From positions 182-64,181 of IMG/VR virus record IMGVR_UViG_2791355391_000001: a stretch of 64,000 nucleotides of DNA; one strand, given 5' to 3'. Below, piece after piece: positions 17,731 through 28,310 of the stretch; position 1 is the stretch's first letter; every line of letters starts with the position of its first letter. Below the pieces are notes generated by a model. That model made no database searches, had not been told where the DNA came from, and saw only the letters and a list, made by a program, of their open reading frames with translations. This DNA comes from a virus. Its lineage: Duplodnaviria > Caudoviricetes. A program made the translations under genes and the position numbers.

Positions 17731-20700
17731 TATCCTGTTCTCCGTCCAGTGTTATATCCTCCGGTTAATGCCTTATGCACCTGGCCTACCCCCTTTGCCA
17801 GATCGTTAGCGACCTGCTGATAACCTTGTTTGGCACCATCACGAGCGGCCTGCTGTACAAGCATCACAGTCGTATCAGAAGGGTTTCCATTGATAGTTAT
17901 CGGAGGAACCGTGACTGTGGGACGGATGATGGTCGTTTGCTGGCTATTACTAACGTTCTGAACGCCAGTGCCGAACCCAGAACGCCCCAATGTCACATCA
18001 AGAGGTTTGCCGTTACGTAACGCCTCAAGCTGCGACACGCCGATTCGATTTGTGGACTCCTGATCGAAGACATATTCCCCTTTATGGACAATACCTGCCG
18101 GCTGATACTTTCCGCCTGAGCCAGTATATCCACCAGAAGCAAAGCCGACGGCGACAGCACTGGAGATGCTGGACGTTATGGTAGCCATGAGGCCTGCAAC
18201 AGTAGCCATCGCTGCTAAGTTGTATGGGAATGGCTGGCTTGAAAGCGCCTGCGCCATTGCCATTGGCAATTGAACAGCTGCCTGAGCAAGCGCAAAAGCT
18301 TTTTGCGTAACAAATGCCGCTTTATACATCACGGATTGCTCGCCGAACATGGTCCCCATAGCATCGGTGATACCGGAGAAAGAGTTTTGCGCAGATTGCA
18401 TCTGTGCGGAATAAACTGCGGTATTTAGTGCCTGCTGGTTCTGTTGTCCTTGCTGTTGGAGAGCCAGCAGTTGCTGCTGCTTCTGCTGCTCATTCAGGAC
18501 TGTGCTCTGCGTTATCGCCTGTTGTTGTTGGTTTAGCCACGTAGCGTAATCGGTCTGCGCCTGTTTTAGCTTCTCAATGATTTCAAGCTGAGGAGCAATT
18601 TGCAGCCCTATCATGTTCAATCCCTGCCCTGACAGGTCGCTGTTAGTCGCGCCAGAGGTTAGCGTCCCGCCAGCTTTATTCACCCCTGAGATAACAGAGT
18701 CCGGCAATATTGATTTGCTAATCAGATCGCTTGCCTGTTTACCTGCCGCCTCCGGAGTCAGTTTCTTCAGCTCAACCATCCTTTGAAGGATTTCGAGGCG
18801 TTTTTGCAACGTCTCATTTTGGCGCAATTCCTTTGGTGCAATTTGCGCCTGCATTTTTCGGTAGTCATCCAGTGTTTTAACGGAGTTTTGCAGTGCTTCC
18901 TGTTGCTTATAGGCCTGTAATATTTCGTCAGAACGGGAAAGAATCGACTTCTGGTCAGCGGTGAGTTGAGTTTTAGTTTTTAGGTCAGCAATTTGCTGTT
19001 CGAATTTAACTCGTGCCTGGGTAGCGCTGTTAAGCTTATCACTGGCATCCAGCTGGGACTGCATGGCAGCGGTCTGCTGGTTTATCTGATCAAGCAACCG
19101 GGTTGCTGCGTCCTCGGTATATGCTTTACCCTTTGGCGTCTTGGGTGGTTTCGGATCTTTGTACATCTCGTTAATGCGAGAAACATTTTTTGCATATTGC
19201 TCTGCAGTAATTGCACCAGCCTTCAGGAATTCGCTTTGCTGCTTAATAGCTTTATTGCGCTTATCCGCATTGCTCAGATATTGCTGGTTAACGCGATCTG
19301 CTTCCTGCTGCGTTTTAATTCTTTGCTGTTCGGCTTCCTTAGCCTTCGCCTGTCCTTTGGTTACATCCCCCTGAAGATTGGCAACTGATTCGAGCAAATC
19401 TCTCTGTTTTATCATCTCCGGGAGGTTGGTAAACCTCGCGCTAAAACTGTTCCAGAACCCACCATCTTTTTGCCCTTTTTGGGCTTCAGCAATATTTTCG
19501 TTTAAGGTGGCAAGTTTATCCGTTAGTGTTTGTTCACGCCCAATATTGAGCATCGCATCCCAGGCGCCTTTGGCCGTTATACCCAGCGAGTCCCATGCAC
19601 TTTCAAGAAGACCAAGATTCTGATGAATATCATTCGCACGCTGCTGCATGGCATTGGCGTAAGCATCAGTAGCCACCCGTGCAGCATCCTGCTGATTACC
19701 TTCATCCTGTAGCGCTTTAATCTGGTTGTAGGTTGCCAGTGTCAGAAAATGGTATTGGTCGTTAAGTTTGGTTATAGCCGCTACTGGATCAGCAGCAAGA
19801 TCGTTGAAGTCGCTCACCAACTTTTCTGTAGCAATACCCGTCGCATCACTGATCTTAACAATAGCGATTGTCACGCGTTCCAGAGAATCTCCAGCCACTT
19901 TCCCAGATGAAACTATCTGGTTGAGTGTGGCTGCGGACACGCCAGTGGTTGAGTTGGCAACTACTGAAACCCGAGCGGCCATATCTGCTAGTTGCCCTGT
20001 GGTTTTACCAACCAGATTACCGCTAAGGGTCAACGACTTATAGAACTCGTCCTGCTCCTGAGAACCTTTGTAGTAGGCCAGCCCAAGAACACCAACAGCC
20101 GCGGCAGCTAGAGTGACAGGATTAATCAACCCCAGCACATACCCGCCAACACCTTTAATCGCGGGGCCAATACCGCCGAACATATCTTTCAACTGCCCGC
20201 CCTGCTGCATGAGCACCATGAATGGCGACTGACCTGTAGATAAGCCGACAATAATATCTGTCATTTGAGCAGGGATCATGCGCATAGCATTGGCAGTCTG
20301 AGCTGCAGATTGGCCTGTTTTACCCAATTGCGCTTGGGTTTTCTCCAGGGCATCGCGGGATTCTGCAAGTTTGCTGTTGAGGCGATCGTAAGCCAGGGGC
20401 GAAAGCATCCCGGATGTTTTGGCTGTATCAAGCTGGCGCTGTTGCTCGTTCAGGCGACGGAATGCTTCACCTACGGGATCTATTTGGGCCTCAAGGCGAC
20501 GCAATGCGGCAACCTGCTCGTCGTGGGCCTTGGCTGCCTCGCGTTCTGCCTGAGCAGCTCCAGTAATCTCCCGGCGAGTCTCCTGCAGTTTTTTGCTGTA
20601 GGTGTCGAATTGGGCGGTATTTATTTTCCCTGACGATAGTGCAGAGGATAGTTCCGCTTGCTGTTGATCCAAATTTTTCAGAGCCGCTGACAGGGGGTCA

Positions 20701-21368
20701 ATGCGGTCAATCATCCTCTGAAATGCCTGGGCTTGAGCCTCTTGTTGCTTAATTGCATCAGCCGCAGCTTTTTCTGCGTCGCGCTGGGCTTGGGCTTCTC
20801 CAGTTAGCTCCTTGCGAGCATCAGCAATTTTTTGACTGTAGGCATCATATTGTTCGAGGCTTAAATCACCTCGTTGAGCAGCAAGATAAATCTCTTTCTG
20901 CTGTTCTTTTAACCCTCTCAGGCCGCTGGATACGGGATCAATTTTATCCAGCATCCTCTGGAATGCCTGTGTCTGGGCCTCCTGCTGCACGGCAGCCAGT
21001 TTGCTGGCCTTTTCTGCTTCTCGTTGAGCTTGTGCAACGCCGCTTAACTCATCGGTCGTATCATTCAGCATTTTGGAGAGAGTGCGAAACTCTTCCTCGT
21101 CAATTAGCCCCTTGTCGAAGTATTTTTTCAGCTCACTAAAGCGGCGGCCAACCGTATCAATTGCAGCACCAACCGGATCAATGACTGCTCGCAATTTATT
21201 GAGCGCATCCTTTTCCTCGTCAGTCGCTTTTGTCACTTTGAACATGCTGGTTACGGCTTTATCACCAGACTGAGTCATCTTATCAAGCGCAATTGCAAGG
21301 CTGTCAGCCTGTTTTTCTGCCCCAGAGCTATCTATAACAATGGCCAAGCGGGAAGTTTGTTCTGTCAT
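17730..21368 (-). CDS. Tail tape measure protein
   Basis: About 1212 aa Ala/Gln-rich helical; [21 protein letters not shown] and [19 protein letters not shown] motifs; start at MTEQTSRL with GGAG RBS. Confidence 0.95.
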   Translation of the reverse strand: MTEQTSRLAIVIDSSGAEKQADSLAIALDKMTQSGDKAVTSMFKVTKATDEEKDALNKLRAVIDPVGAAIDTVGRRFSELKKYFDKGLIDEEEFRTLSKMLNDTTDELSGVAQAQREAEKASKLAAVQQEAQTQAFQRMLDKIDPVSSGLRGLKEQQKEIYLAAQRGDLSLEQYDAYSQKIADARKELTGEAQAQRDAEKAAADAIKQQEAQAQAFQRMIDRIDPLSAALKNLDQQQAELSSALSSGKINTAQFDTYSKKLQETRREITGAAQAEREAAKAHDEQVAALRRLEAQIDPVGEAFRRLNEQQRQLDTAKTSGMLSPLAYDRLNSKLAESRDALEKTQAQLGKTGQSAAQTANAMRMIPAQMTDIIVGLSTGQSPFMVLMQQGGQLKDMFGGIGPAIKGVGGYVLGLINPVTLAAAAVGVLGLAYYKGSQEQDEFYKSLTLSGNLVGKTTGQLADMAARVSVVANSTTGVSAATLNQIVSSGKVAGDSLERVTIAIVKISDATGIATEKLVSDFNDLAADPVAAITKLNDQYHFLTLATYNQIKALQDEGNQQDAARVATDAYANAMQQRANDIHQNLGLLESAWDSLGITAKGAWDAMLNIGREQTLTDKLATLNENIAEAQKGQKDGGFWNSFSARFTNLPEMIKQRDLLESVANLQGDVTKGQAKAKEAEQQRIKTQQEADRVNQQYLSNADKRNKAIKQQSEFLKAGAITAEQYAKNVSRINEMYKDPKPPKTPKGKAYTEDAATRLLDQINQQTAAMQSQLDASDKLNSATQARVKFEQQIADLKTKTQLTADQKSILSRSDEILQAYKQQEALQNSVKTLDDYRKMQAQIAPKELRQNETLQKRLEILQRMVELKKLTPEAAGKQASDLISKSILPDSVISGVNKAGGTLTSGATNSDLSGQGLNMIGLQIAPQLEIIEKLKQAQTDYATWLNQQQQAITQSTVLNEQQKQQQLLALQQQGQQNQQALNTAVYSAQMQSAQNSFSGITDAMGTMFGEQSVMYKAAFVTQKAFALAQAAVQLPMAMAQALSSQPFPYNLAAMATVAGLMATITSSISSAVAVGFASGGYTGSGGKYQPAGIVHKGEYVFDQESTNRIGVSQLEALRNGKPLDVTLGRSGFGTGVQNVSNSQQTTIIRPTVTVPPITINGNPSDTTVMLVQQAARDGAKQGYQQVANDLAKGVGQVHKALTGGYNTGRRTG

Positions 21369-21487
21369 TTGGCGATCTCCGGGCAATAAAAAACCCCGCC
21401 GGAGCGAGGTTAGATTTTTAATAAACAATTACTGTCGATATATGATAATTGTTGCGATTATTGGAACAGAGACAATGGCAGCCAGAA

Positions 21488-21820
21488 TTAACCAGAAATA
21501 TTTTTATCTGAGCATTTAACTGTTTTTAGAGACTCGAGCTGCTGAAGGCGTGCCTGAGCCTTTCTACGCGCTTCACTTTTAGCCATTCCATTACCGATGC
21601 CGAAATCACCAAGAGCACCCAATACAGTCCGTCCGTCAAACTGACCAGTAGTCTCGATCTCGTTCTGTATGCTATGCGTTTTCGCAATTTCCTGCTTAAT
21701 GGCATTGCAGTCTAACGCTGCAGACTCTTCGCTGGTAACGGACGGAGCTTGCGGATACTGCTTAGTAGCACAACCAGAAATAGCTAACACCCCAGCAATT
21801 ACTATCATCAATTTCTTCAT
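21488..21820 (-). CDS. Lipoprotein moron
   Basis: MKKLMIVIAGVLAISG-C lipobox; AT-richer flanks. Confidence 0.8.
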   Translation of the reverse strand: MKKLMIVIAGVLAISGCATKQYPQAPSVTSEESAALDCNAIKQEIAKTHSIQNEIETTGQFDGRTVLGALGDFGIGNGMAKSEARRKAQARLQQLESLKTVKCSDKNISG

Positions 21821-21886
21821 TTTATGTTTCCCGTGATTACAATCGGAAACATCCTAACATATAGGCGCAGCTAAACAATGATAAGG

Positions 21887-22234
21887 CTATTTCACTATCG
21901 CCCGCCTTTTTTGCTCTTCCGCCCACTCAGCTCTCCAGACATCATCAAGGGCCAGTATCGCTGCATCAAACTCAATGCGGTCGATCAGGATGGTGCGCGA
22001 TGCCAGGTAAAGCTCAATATCGTTCAGGGATAGAGGGAGCGGCACTCCGGCCATGCCGGCATACTTTCTGCCGCGCGATATCATGGCGTAAGCGTTGAGG
22101 ATCTCCCCAGTGACTGCATCGATTTCAGGCTCTGGAATGGGTGGGAGATTTAGTTTCTCCCTACGCCACTTTGCCTTCTCGCCCTGTTCGCCGGCGAATT
22201 CCTTTAGCCACTTTTGGGCCTCTATGGCTTTTTT
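21887..22234 (-). CDS. Tail assembly chaperone frameshift extension (gpGT-like)
   Basis: Slippery A-AAA-AAG at 22228-22234; the -1 frame is open (KAIEAQKWLKEF...) into MISRGRKY and stops at 21887. Confidence 0.85.
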   Translation of the reverse strand, partial: KKAIEAQKWLKEFAGEQGEKAKWRREKLNLPPIPEPEIDAVTGEILNAYAMISRGRKYAGMAGVPLPLSLNDIELYLASRTILIDRIEFDAAILALDDVWRAEWAEEQKRRAIVK

Positions 22235-22704
22235 ACGGTTTCCTGAGTCTGCTGCTCCTTACCCTGAGCAATGGCCGCCGCCTCAGCCAGAATAAGCCAG
22301 TACAGAGAGGGGTTTTGCTTCAGTAACGCAACACCACGCTCCGGTGTATACGCTACCGCCGTCTCCGTACCATCCACCAGTTCCCCCACGCCCTCCCAGT
22401 CTTTCAGAAGAAAGCGCGCGCAATTGTCGATGAGAAGATCATCAACCGAGTCAATCTCGCCCACACTGGCGAGATCGAAAGCATCCGTACCGACCTGGTA
22501 GCTCGCGTCCATTTTGTCGATATGGCGCCGCACCAGCGCATTGCGTGAGCGGTATTGTGGATTCTCGCTACTGGCCACCAGCAGACGGAGTTTAAACAGC
22601 GCTTCGTCTTCCGGCGTGAATTTCTTTTTACTTCCTGCTGGCTTTTTGTAAGGGAAAAACCAGCGTTCTCCGTTCAAATCAATTTGAGAAGAAATAATCA
22701 GCAT
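22222..22704 (-). CDS. Tail assembly chaperone (gpG-like)
   Basis: Between tail tube and tape measure; LLKDWEGV motif; ends in slippery sequence. Confidence 0.85.
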   Translation of the reverse strand: MLIISSQIDLNGERWFFPYKKPAGSKKKFTPEDEALFKLRLLVASSENPQYRSRNALVRRHIDKMDASYQVGTDAFDLASVGEIDSVDDLLIDNCARFLLKDWEGVGELVDGTETAVAYTPERGVALLKQNPSLYWLILAEAAAIAQGKEQQTQETVKKP

Positions 22705-22757
22705 AAAGACTCCCAAAAAAGCCCGCGCCGCGATGACTGCAGAACGGGCCAGGTAAA

Positions 22758-23930
22758 TTAAGGCGCGGTAACGGTGATTTCAGACGTTGCGGTAAAGGTG
22801 CGGGCCTTACCGGTGATGGTTGCAGTGCCGGATGCGTTACGTGTGACTTTCGCTGTTTTCTGCCCGGTAGAAACCACGCTGGCGATAGTCGGATCCGATG
22901 ACGTCCACTGGACGGTATCAGTTGAATCAGCTGGCGTAAGCGTGGCGGTTAACGTCACAGTAGATCCCACGGCTCCAGTTGAAGTGGCTGGCGCAACACT
23001 GATTGCCGTCGCCGGTACTTTGGGGACGCGGGTAATAGTTGGCGGAGTATTGGCCGCGGTGATATCCAGCTGAACCTGAACAATGTCAGTGCTCCCCGCA
23101 TCCGGCCAGTCGCCGGAGATCTGCACTTCCGGGAAATCGAAGGTATAGGCGCCTTCAGCATTCTCCAGCGTGAAGCTAAACGGCACCGTTTCGCCGGTGA
23201 ACGTTTTTTTGTAAACCTCCCAGGCAGCCTTTGACCATGACAGTGTGATTTGACCTGACGGGGTAAAGGTTGTCGGAATGTTTGCGCCGGCGAACGCCGA
23301 GCCGGTACCGATGCAGCGCTGGGTCTGCATATTGTTGTTGAACTGGATGTTGAAGGTGTCGACGCAGAAGCCTGTCCCGCCATCAACACCATTCAGCTGG
23401 ATGTTGGTGACCTCTTTGAAGGAGTAACGCAGCGCCCCCGCCAAATCCACCGGCGAGGTGAAATAGCTGGTATCGTCCCCCTTCGTCTCCCAGTCCAGCC
23501 CTGCAAACGTAATGGTTGCAGTGATATCACCATCGGCCGGGATTTCCATCTGGAAGATGCCAACCTGGCAACCGCGGGCAATCTGGGCAATCCCCACATC
23601 ACTGGCAAAAGTCGCCACGGAGAACGTAATACGACCATTACCCATCGTCAGCACGTTATTTAGCCATTCGGCGCCGAAACAGCTGGCAAGAAAATCGTCA
23701 TGCTGATTCCAGCGAAACCGCGTGCCGACATCACCGCCGACATCCACTGTGCCGCGTGAAACACCCTGCGCCATGCGGTCACCAGCGATTTCGTCATTGT
23801 CGTTGGCGTTCTGCGTTGGTTTCAGACCAAATGAAGAACGCCGCAGCAGGTTCCACGCCCCTGCTGTTGGCGTGATTCCTGGAGTTGTCTCGCGAATAAA
23901 CGCGGCTACTACTTTTGCACCTGAGCTCAC
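22758..23930 (-). CDS. Major tail tube protein with C-terminal Ig-like domain
   Basis: MSSGAKV...ETTPG start; VQWTSSDPTIASV Big_2-type C-terminus. Confidence 0.9.
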   Translation of the reverse strand: MSSGAKVVAAFIRETTPGITPTAGAWNLLRRSSFGLKPTQNANDNDEIAGDRMAQGVSRGTVDVGGDVGTRFRWNQHDDFLASCFGAEWLNNVLTMGNGRITFSVATFASDVGIAQIARGCQVGIFQMEIPADGDITATITFAGLDWETKGDDTSYFTSPVDLAGALRYSFKEVTNIQLNGVDGGTGFCVDTFNIQFNNNMQTQRCIGTGSAFAGANIPTTFTPSGQITLSWSKAAWEVYKKTFTGETVPFSFTLENAEGAYTFDFPEVQISGDWPDAGSTDIVQVQLDITAANTPPTITRVPKVPATAISVAPATSTGAVGSTVTLTATLTPADSTDTVQWTSSDPTIASVVSTGQKTAKVTRNASGTATITGKARTFTATSEITVTAP

Positions 23931-23953
23931 AGGAGCCTCCTGTTTTTTGTGCG

Positions 23954-24346
23954 CTACAGAGCGCGATAAGGAATTTGAAGATTGAGCTGTAACCAGCCAT
24001 CGGTCTCACCCGCCGGCACAGCAGAAACAGCGAAATAACTCAGCTTTCCATCGTCCCTGAACTCGAATAGCTCCGTTAGCTGATCGGCCGTCCGGGAGAT
24101 AAGCAACGTCCCGGAACCGACCGGGACAAATAGCTGAATGATGAGTACACCAGTTCGATGGACTACCGGCCCGGCCCCGATTTCGTTGGTTCCCGCCTGC
24201 CCTGAAATATTGGTGAAGCGTGCCCAGATATCGCGGCCACTCGGATCAAATATCGGCCCGTTGGGATAGTCCACCGCATCAGAAGCAATAGCGGTCTGCG
24301 CCGTCATTCGGGAAATGACAGCGTTTCTGATTTCTGTAAGGGTCAT
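23954..24346 (-). CDS. Tail terminator protein
   Basis: 130 aa, synteny, GVLIIQLFVPVGSG. Confidence 0.75.
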   Translation of the reverse strand: MTLTEIRNAVISRMTAQTAIASDAVDYPNGPIFDPSGRDIWARFTNISGQAGTNEIGAGPVVHRTGVLIIQLFVPVGSGTLLISRTADQLTELFEFRDDGKLSYFAVSAVPAGETDGWLQLNLQIPYRAL

Positions 24347-24894
24347 TTGTAGGCCTGAATCACACCATTAAACGAGACGGCATAGACGCCTGTTGGCGCC
24401 TGCGTTGAGTGACCATTCTCCAGAGGCACGGAGTAAGGCAGGTTCGACTGAATGTAAATCACCGAGTAGGCTGGCGCCTGGTCAATGATATTTTTGCCAT
24501 TAAGAAATGTCATTGTCCCACGCGGATCCGGCTCGGTCGGGACGGAGTGATCGGGTTCGCCGATGCTGACAAAATGCGATGCCCTGAAGGTTCCTGCGCG
24601 ATACTCAGCCGGCCGCCTGATATCCATGCTGTCATTAACACGGACTTTCTTCCTGAGCCTTCCGGTTTTGGTCAGGTTAGCAGGGTCGGCATAAAGAGAT
24701 TCGTTCCATTCCCCAACAGCTTTGTTGTATTGAACCGCGGTCGCGTTGATGGCCCACAACTCAGGGTTTCCTACCGGCGAACGTTGAACGATTTCATTCA
24801 GCAGTTGAATGGCGATTGTCCGCTGGCGTAGTTTGACATCTTCGGCCACCAGCCCGGCGAATGCCGCCGGGTCAATGTTCCAGCCCTTAGCCAT
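24343..24894 (-). CDS. Neck/tail completion protein (HK97 gp10-like)
   Basis: RSPVG, GTFRASH, LPYSVPLENGHSTQAPTG motifs. Confidence 0.8.
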   Translation of the reverse strand: MAKGWNIDPAAFAGLVAEDVKLRQRTIAIQLLNEIVQRSPVGNPELWAINATAVQYNKAVGEWNESLYADPANLTKTGRLRKKVRVNDSMDIRRPAEYRAGTFRASHFVSIGEPDHSVPTEPDPRGTMTFLNGKNIIDQAPAYSVIYIQSNLPYSVPLENGHSTQAPTGVYAVSFNGVIQAYK

Positions 24895-24895
24895 A

Positions 24896-25279
24896 TCACA
24901 CCCTCCGCAGTTGAATGGAGTACGCAGCGCCAGCAGAGTCGGCAGAAGCGGTGATGATCTCGTAAAGCTGAAGCTCACCCGTAATAGAATCCGGTGCGGT
25001 GATGATATGCCCGACTGCCGGCTTGTCAGTCACCTCATTGACCAGGGCGGTTAGCTTCACGTCACCATGCAGAATGTTAACGCCATCGATACGGCGCAGT
25101 TTATAACGCGCCAGCACTCCACGCCCCGAGTAAGTCACCTGCGTTTCAGTGCCGGTTTCCGTCACCGGGTCCCAGGCACCTCGAACGGTGTATGACCCAG
25201 TGAAATCCTTAACGGCATCCTGCAGGTCTGTATCGAAGGCTGCGGCGACTTCAGTTTGGAGTTCGTCGCGGATACCCAC
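24896..25279 (-). CDS. Head closure/head-tail joining protein
   Basis: 127 aa, GAWDPVT, synteny. Confidence 0.7.
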   Translation of the reverse strand: MGIRDELQTEVAAAFDTDLQDAVKDFTGSYTVRGAWDPVTETGTETQVTYSGRGVLARYKLRRIDGVNILHGDVKLTALVNEVTDKPAVGHIITAPDSITGELQLYEIITASADSAGAAYSIQLRRV

Positions 25280-25547
25280 GGTCTACCTCCTCTATGCCTT
25301 TTTCACCAAAACGCTGAAGCGGGATATTGTTAGAAACATATCCGCCAGTAAAAAGGACCAGGACGTTACCACGCAGTTTCCTGGTATAGATTTCGCCGTT
25401 GCGTTTAACCCTCAGCGGAAGCGGAGCAAACTCAACAACGCCCTTTGCCGGGTTTGCGTAAACGACATAATTGATCGGGTTTCCATTCACAAACACATCG
25501 CGAGGGCCGAGCCCGTCACCGGCATAATGCACATCAGTGTTTTGCAT
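25251..25547 (-). CDS. Hypothetical protein among connector genes
   Basis: 98 aa ORF tightly packed, GGGG RBS. Confidence 0.6.
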   Translation of the reverse strand: MQNTDVHYAGDGLGPRDVFVNGNPINYVVYANPAKGVVEFAPLPLRVKRNGEIYTRKLRGNVLVLFTGGYVSNNIPLQRFGEKGIEEVDRGYPRRTPN

Positions 25548-25548
25548 A

Positions 25549-25959
25549 TCACCCCCTTACCAGCCGTACCTGAGACTGACTAACGCCATAGGGCTTTAGC
25601 ATTGCAAGCGCCAGCTGCAGATCGGAATCAAGCAATGCCGAGCTGTTGGTAGCAAGTTCCGCGAAGGTCTTTGAAACGCTGACATCATCGGCATCTACCG
25701 TCTTACTCAGCAACACACCAGAATCGGTTTTCTGCTGATAAAGGCCACCATTCGAGGCCGCTAGCGCCGCATAGGCGCCAGCTTGTTTCACATCGTCAGG
25801 AATGATGATTTCGTGAGTTGCCTTATTGCACGGCATTTTCAGGTTAAGTCCATTCATCCAGGTATTAGCCATCAGCACAGATTTGGCTTTTTTGCTTTCA
25901 TCTGTCCAGGTGGCACCGAGAATCGAATTGACGTCTTCAACGGTGATGACAGTGATCAT
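25549..25959 (-). CDS. Head-tail adaptor protein
   Basis: IPDDVKQA..A pattern, position after capsid. Confidence 0.7.
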   Translation of the reverse strand: MITVITVEDVNSILGATWTDESKKAKSVLMANTWMNGLNLKMPCNKATHEIIIPDDVKQAGAYAALAASNGGLYQQKTDSGVLLSKTVDADDVSVSKTFAELATNSSALLDSDLQLALAMLKPYGVSQSQVRLVRG

Positions 25960-25962
25960 GCA

Positions 25963-26175
25963 TCACTCCATTTCTTTCCAGCCGTGCGCCTTCCAGTTCT
26001 CCACTTCATCAGGGTGAACGTTGGCGGTATTGGGCGCACCCGGGAATGCCGGGAAATCGGTAACCATCGCCACCAGCAGCGATGTGGTCGTTACGGGTAC
26101 GTTGTTATCCACCTTCGTAGACGCAGTTTGCTCATCAGCTCGTTGGGCGCGCTGCTCTTTTGTTAATCCGGCCAT
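25963..26175 (-). CDS. Small head-associated hypothetical protein
   Basis: 70 aa after capsid gene, GGAGGG RBS. Confidence 0.65.
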   Translation of the reverse strand: MAGLTKEQRAQRADEQTASTKVDNNVPVTTTSLLVAMVTDFPAFPGAPNTANVHPDEVENWKAHGWKEME

Positions 26176-26215
26176 TATCCCTCCACTAAAAAAAGGGGCC
26201 GAAGCCCCCTGTTTA

Positions 26216-27352
26216 TCAGCCCAGCAACAACGCTGAGTGCGCGGACTTAACTGCCGCTACACCCCAGGATAAACCGACTTCGTAACGCACCTGGCGATAC
26301 TGGCGGTACAGTGCCACCTGGTAAGTGATGCCAGATACGGGGTCAGTAACGTTCATCACATCATCCGCCGTATCGCCGCCCTGCGGCATTGCCGGGGTTC
26401 GGGATGCAAGCAGGAATGCATTGCGATCAAACGCCATGTTTGCGGTGTAGGCGCCACCAGCGGTAATAGCGGTGTTGTCGGCCAGTGACTGACGTAAGCC
26501 AGGAGCAGCCAGGGTGATTGCTGTGGCCGTCGCAGCAGCAACAAGGTATTTATTACTGTCCCCGTCAAACGTCACGATGTCACCTGCTGCAAAAGCACCT
26601 GTGCCGGTATCAATGGCAATCAGAATATCGCCTTCAGCTTTTGCTCCATTCACCAGGTATCCGGCAGCCGGAGATGCAGCGCGTTTCTTAACATGCGCGG
26701 ATTCGTGGATGTTGAATCCTTCCAGTCGCCCCACGATACCTTCGCGCAGAAGCGCATCAGTACCGGACTCGTTTACTTTGAACAGAACAGACTGTTTACC
26801 ACGGAGGTTTGCGATAGCCGAAGAACCGAGAACCATCTGCAGATCAGTTGTCGGCGAACCGTTGTCAGAGAGAACCTGGCGCGCATTGGCCGCATCCGAC
26901 AAATCGCCTGCAATACCGAAAGGAGCGGTGCCGGCCGTACCAACAGCACGGGAGGATGCGAAATACAGAGCTGCGAGATCTGCATCCATCTCATTAGCCA
27001 GCGCGCGAAAAGCCTGCTTAAACTGATCAGCAAGGATGGTGTTGTATGTCCCTGCGGGCCCCAGCGCCAGTTGTTCCTCACCGTTCCATTTGACCGGGGC
27101 CATTTTGGATTTGGTGATTTTGACATCAACGGTGCCGATCGTCTGGTCGCCGTCATTTGGCGCAGTAGCCCCCGGGGTAATATCAACAGTGGTTGCCGGT
27201 GGCGCAACCGGCGCAGTAACAGTCTGGTCCTTCGCCGCCGCATCAGCTTTAGCATTACGCGATACAGCCGGGATAAAACCGACCTGTTCGCGAGATACGG
27301 TATCCAGAGCCGTGAAGATAGTCGGGATCAACCCGGTAAGCGTATTAGCCAT
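26216..27352 (-). CDS. Major capsid protein (P22 coat-like)
   Basis: 378 aa, MANTL start, follows scaffold. Confidence 0.9.
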   Translation of the reverse strand: MANTLTGLIPTIFTALDTVSREQVGFIPAVSRNAKADAAAKDQTVTAPVAPPATTVDITPGATAPNDGDQTIGTVDVKITKSKMAPVKWNGEEQLALGPAGTYNTILADQFKQAFRALANEMDADLAALYFASSRAVGTAGTAPFGIAGDLSDAANARQVLSDNGSPTTDLQMVLGSSAIANLRGKQSVLFKVNESGTDALLREGIVGRLEGFNIHESAHVKKRAASPAAGYLVNGAKAEGDILIAIDTGTGAFAAGDIVTFDGDSNKYLVAAATATAITLAAPGLRQSLADNTAITAGGAYTANMAFDRNAFLLASRTPAMPQGGDTADDVMNVTDPVSGITYQVALYRQYRQVRYEVGLSWGVAAVKSAHSALLLG

Positions 27353-27439
27353 GTGTATAGATTCCTTGGAGATTAAAATATAGGGTTGGTTGAGCTATCC
27401 AGCTCCGGCACCAGCAGCCATCCGGCGGCTGGCAAAGAA

Positions 27440-28204
27440 TTAATCGACGATGGTGATACCGTCCTTGAGAGTTGATTGCTGATCTGTCGGGCTCAACCTG
27501 GTAAACGCATCGCGTTTCATCGTTTTCTGCCCGAGTGAATGCTGAGACTGGCGAGAGCCGCCTCCCTGGTTGCCGCTGGCCTTCAGAATGTGGTCTTTCT
27601 GTGGGTACTGCTCCACCAGGAACTCCAGCGCCTCATCAAATGCCGCCAGTTCGCCCGGCTTCGAGCGGGAATAAATTTTGTTGCCGGAGCCGTCATAGGC
27701 AACGACTTTGCCGTCCTCAACTTTGAAGGACTGACCGAACCGCGCCTGAAGCATATCTGCCGGGATTGCCACTTTATCTGCGATGAATTTCGAGCCAGAG
27801 AACCGGCCGCCGATCATTTCCTGATAAAGCTGGCCTTCAAGGGTCGTCGCACGCTGAGTAGCTTCATCAAGCTGGGCCTGGAATGATTTGGTGATATCCG
27901 CTTTAACCTGATCAACGGCGCCAGCGTCGATCAGTTTTTTCTGGTCGATTTTAGTCATCATCTCCAGCGCTTCGAGCGCCTTTGCCGGATCGCCGATTTT
28001 GGCAAACTTAGCCAGACCGGCTTCAGCGGCTTCTTTGGCTTCACGATGAGATTTTGCCTCGCCATTCAGAGAGGAGATTTTCCCAACGGCCTGCACAGCA
28101 TCAAAACCAACTTCCTGGCCGTCATCGTGGATGTAGACGGGTAATCCGCTGGAATCGACTTCTGCATAGCTTTTGCCGTTAACTTCGACTGTTTTCAGTT
28201 TCAT
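27440..28204 (-). CDS. Capsid scaffolding protein
   Basis: Coiled-coil, position before capsid; start MKLKTVEV. Confidence 0.8.
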   Translation of the reverse strand: MKLKTVEVNGKSYAEVDSSGLPVYIHDDGQEVGFDAVQAVGKISSLNGEAKSHREAKEAAEAGLAKFAKIGDPAKALEALEMMTKIDQKKLIDAGAVDQVKADITKSFQAQLDEATQRATTLEGQLYQEMIGGRFSGSKFIADKVAIPADMLQARFGQSFKVEDGKVVAYDGSGNKIYSRSKPGELAAFDEALEFLVEQYPQKDHILKASGNQGGGSRQSQHSLGQKTMKRDAFTRLSPTDQQSTLKDGITIVD

Positions 28205-28310
28205 GTGGTTACCTTTTCGGTGGTCATCCGACCGTTGCACCGCTCACCATCCGGATCACGGCAATAAAAAAGGCCGCCCGGAGGCAGCCTGATTGAAGAC
28301 TTAAAAAGCT

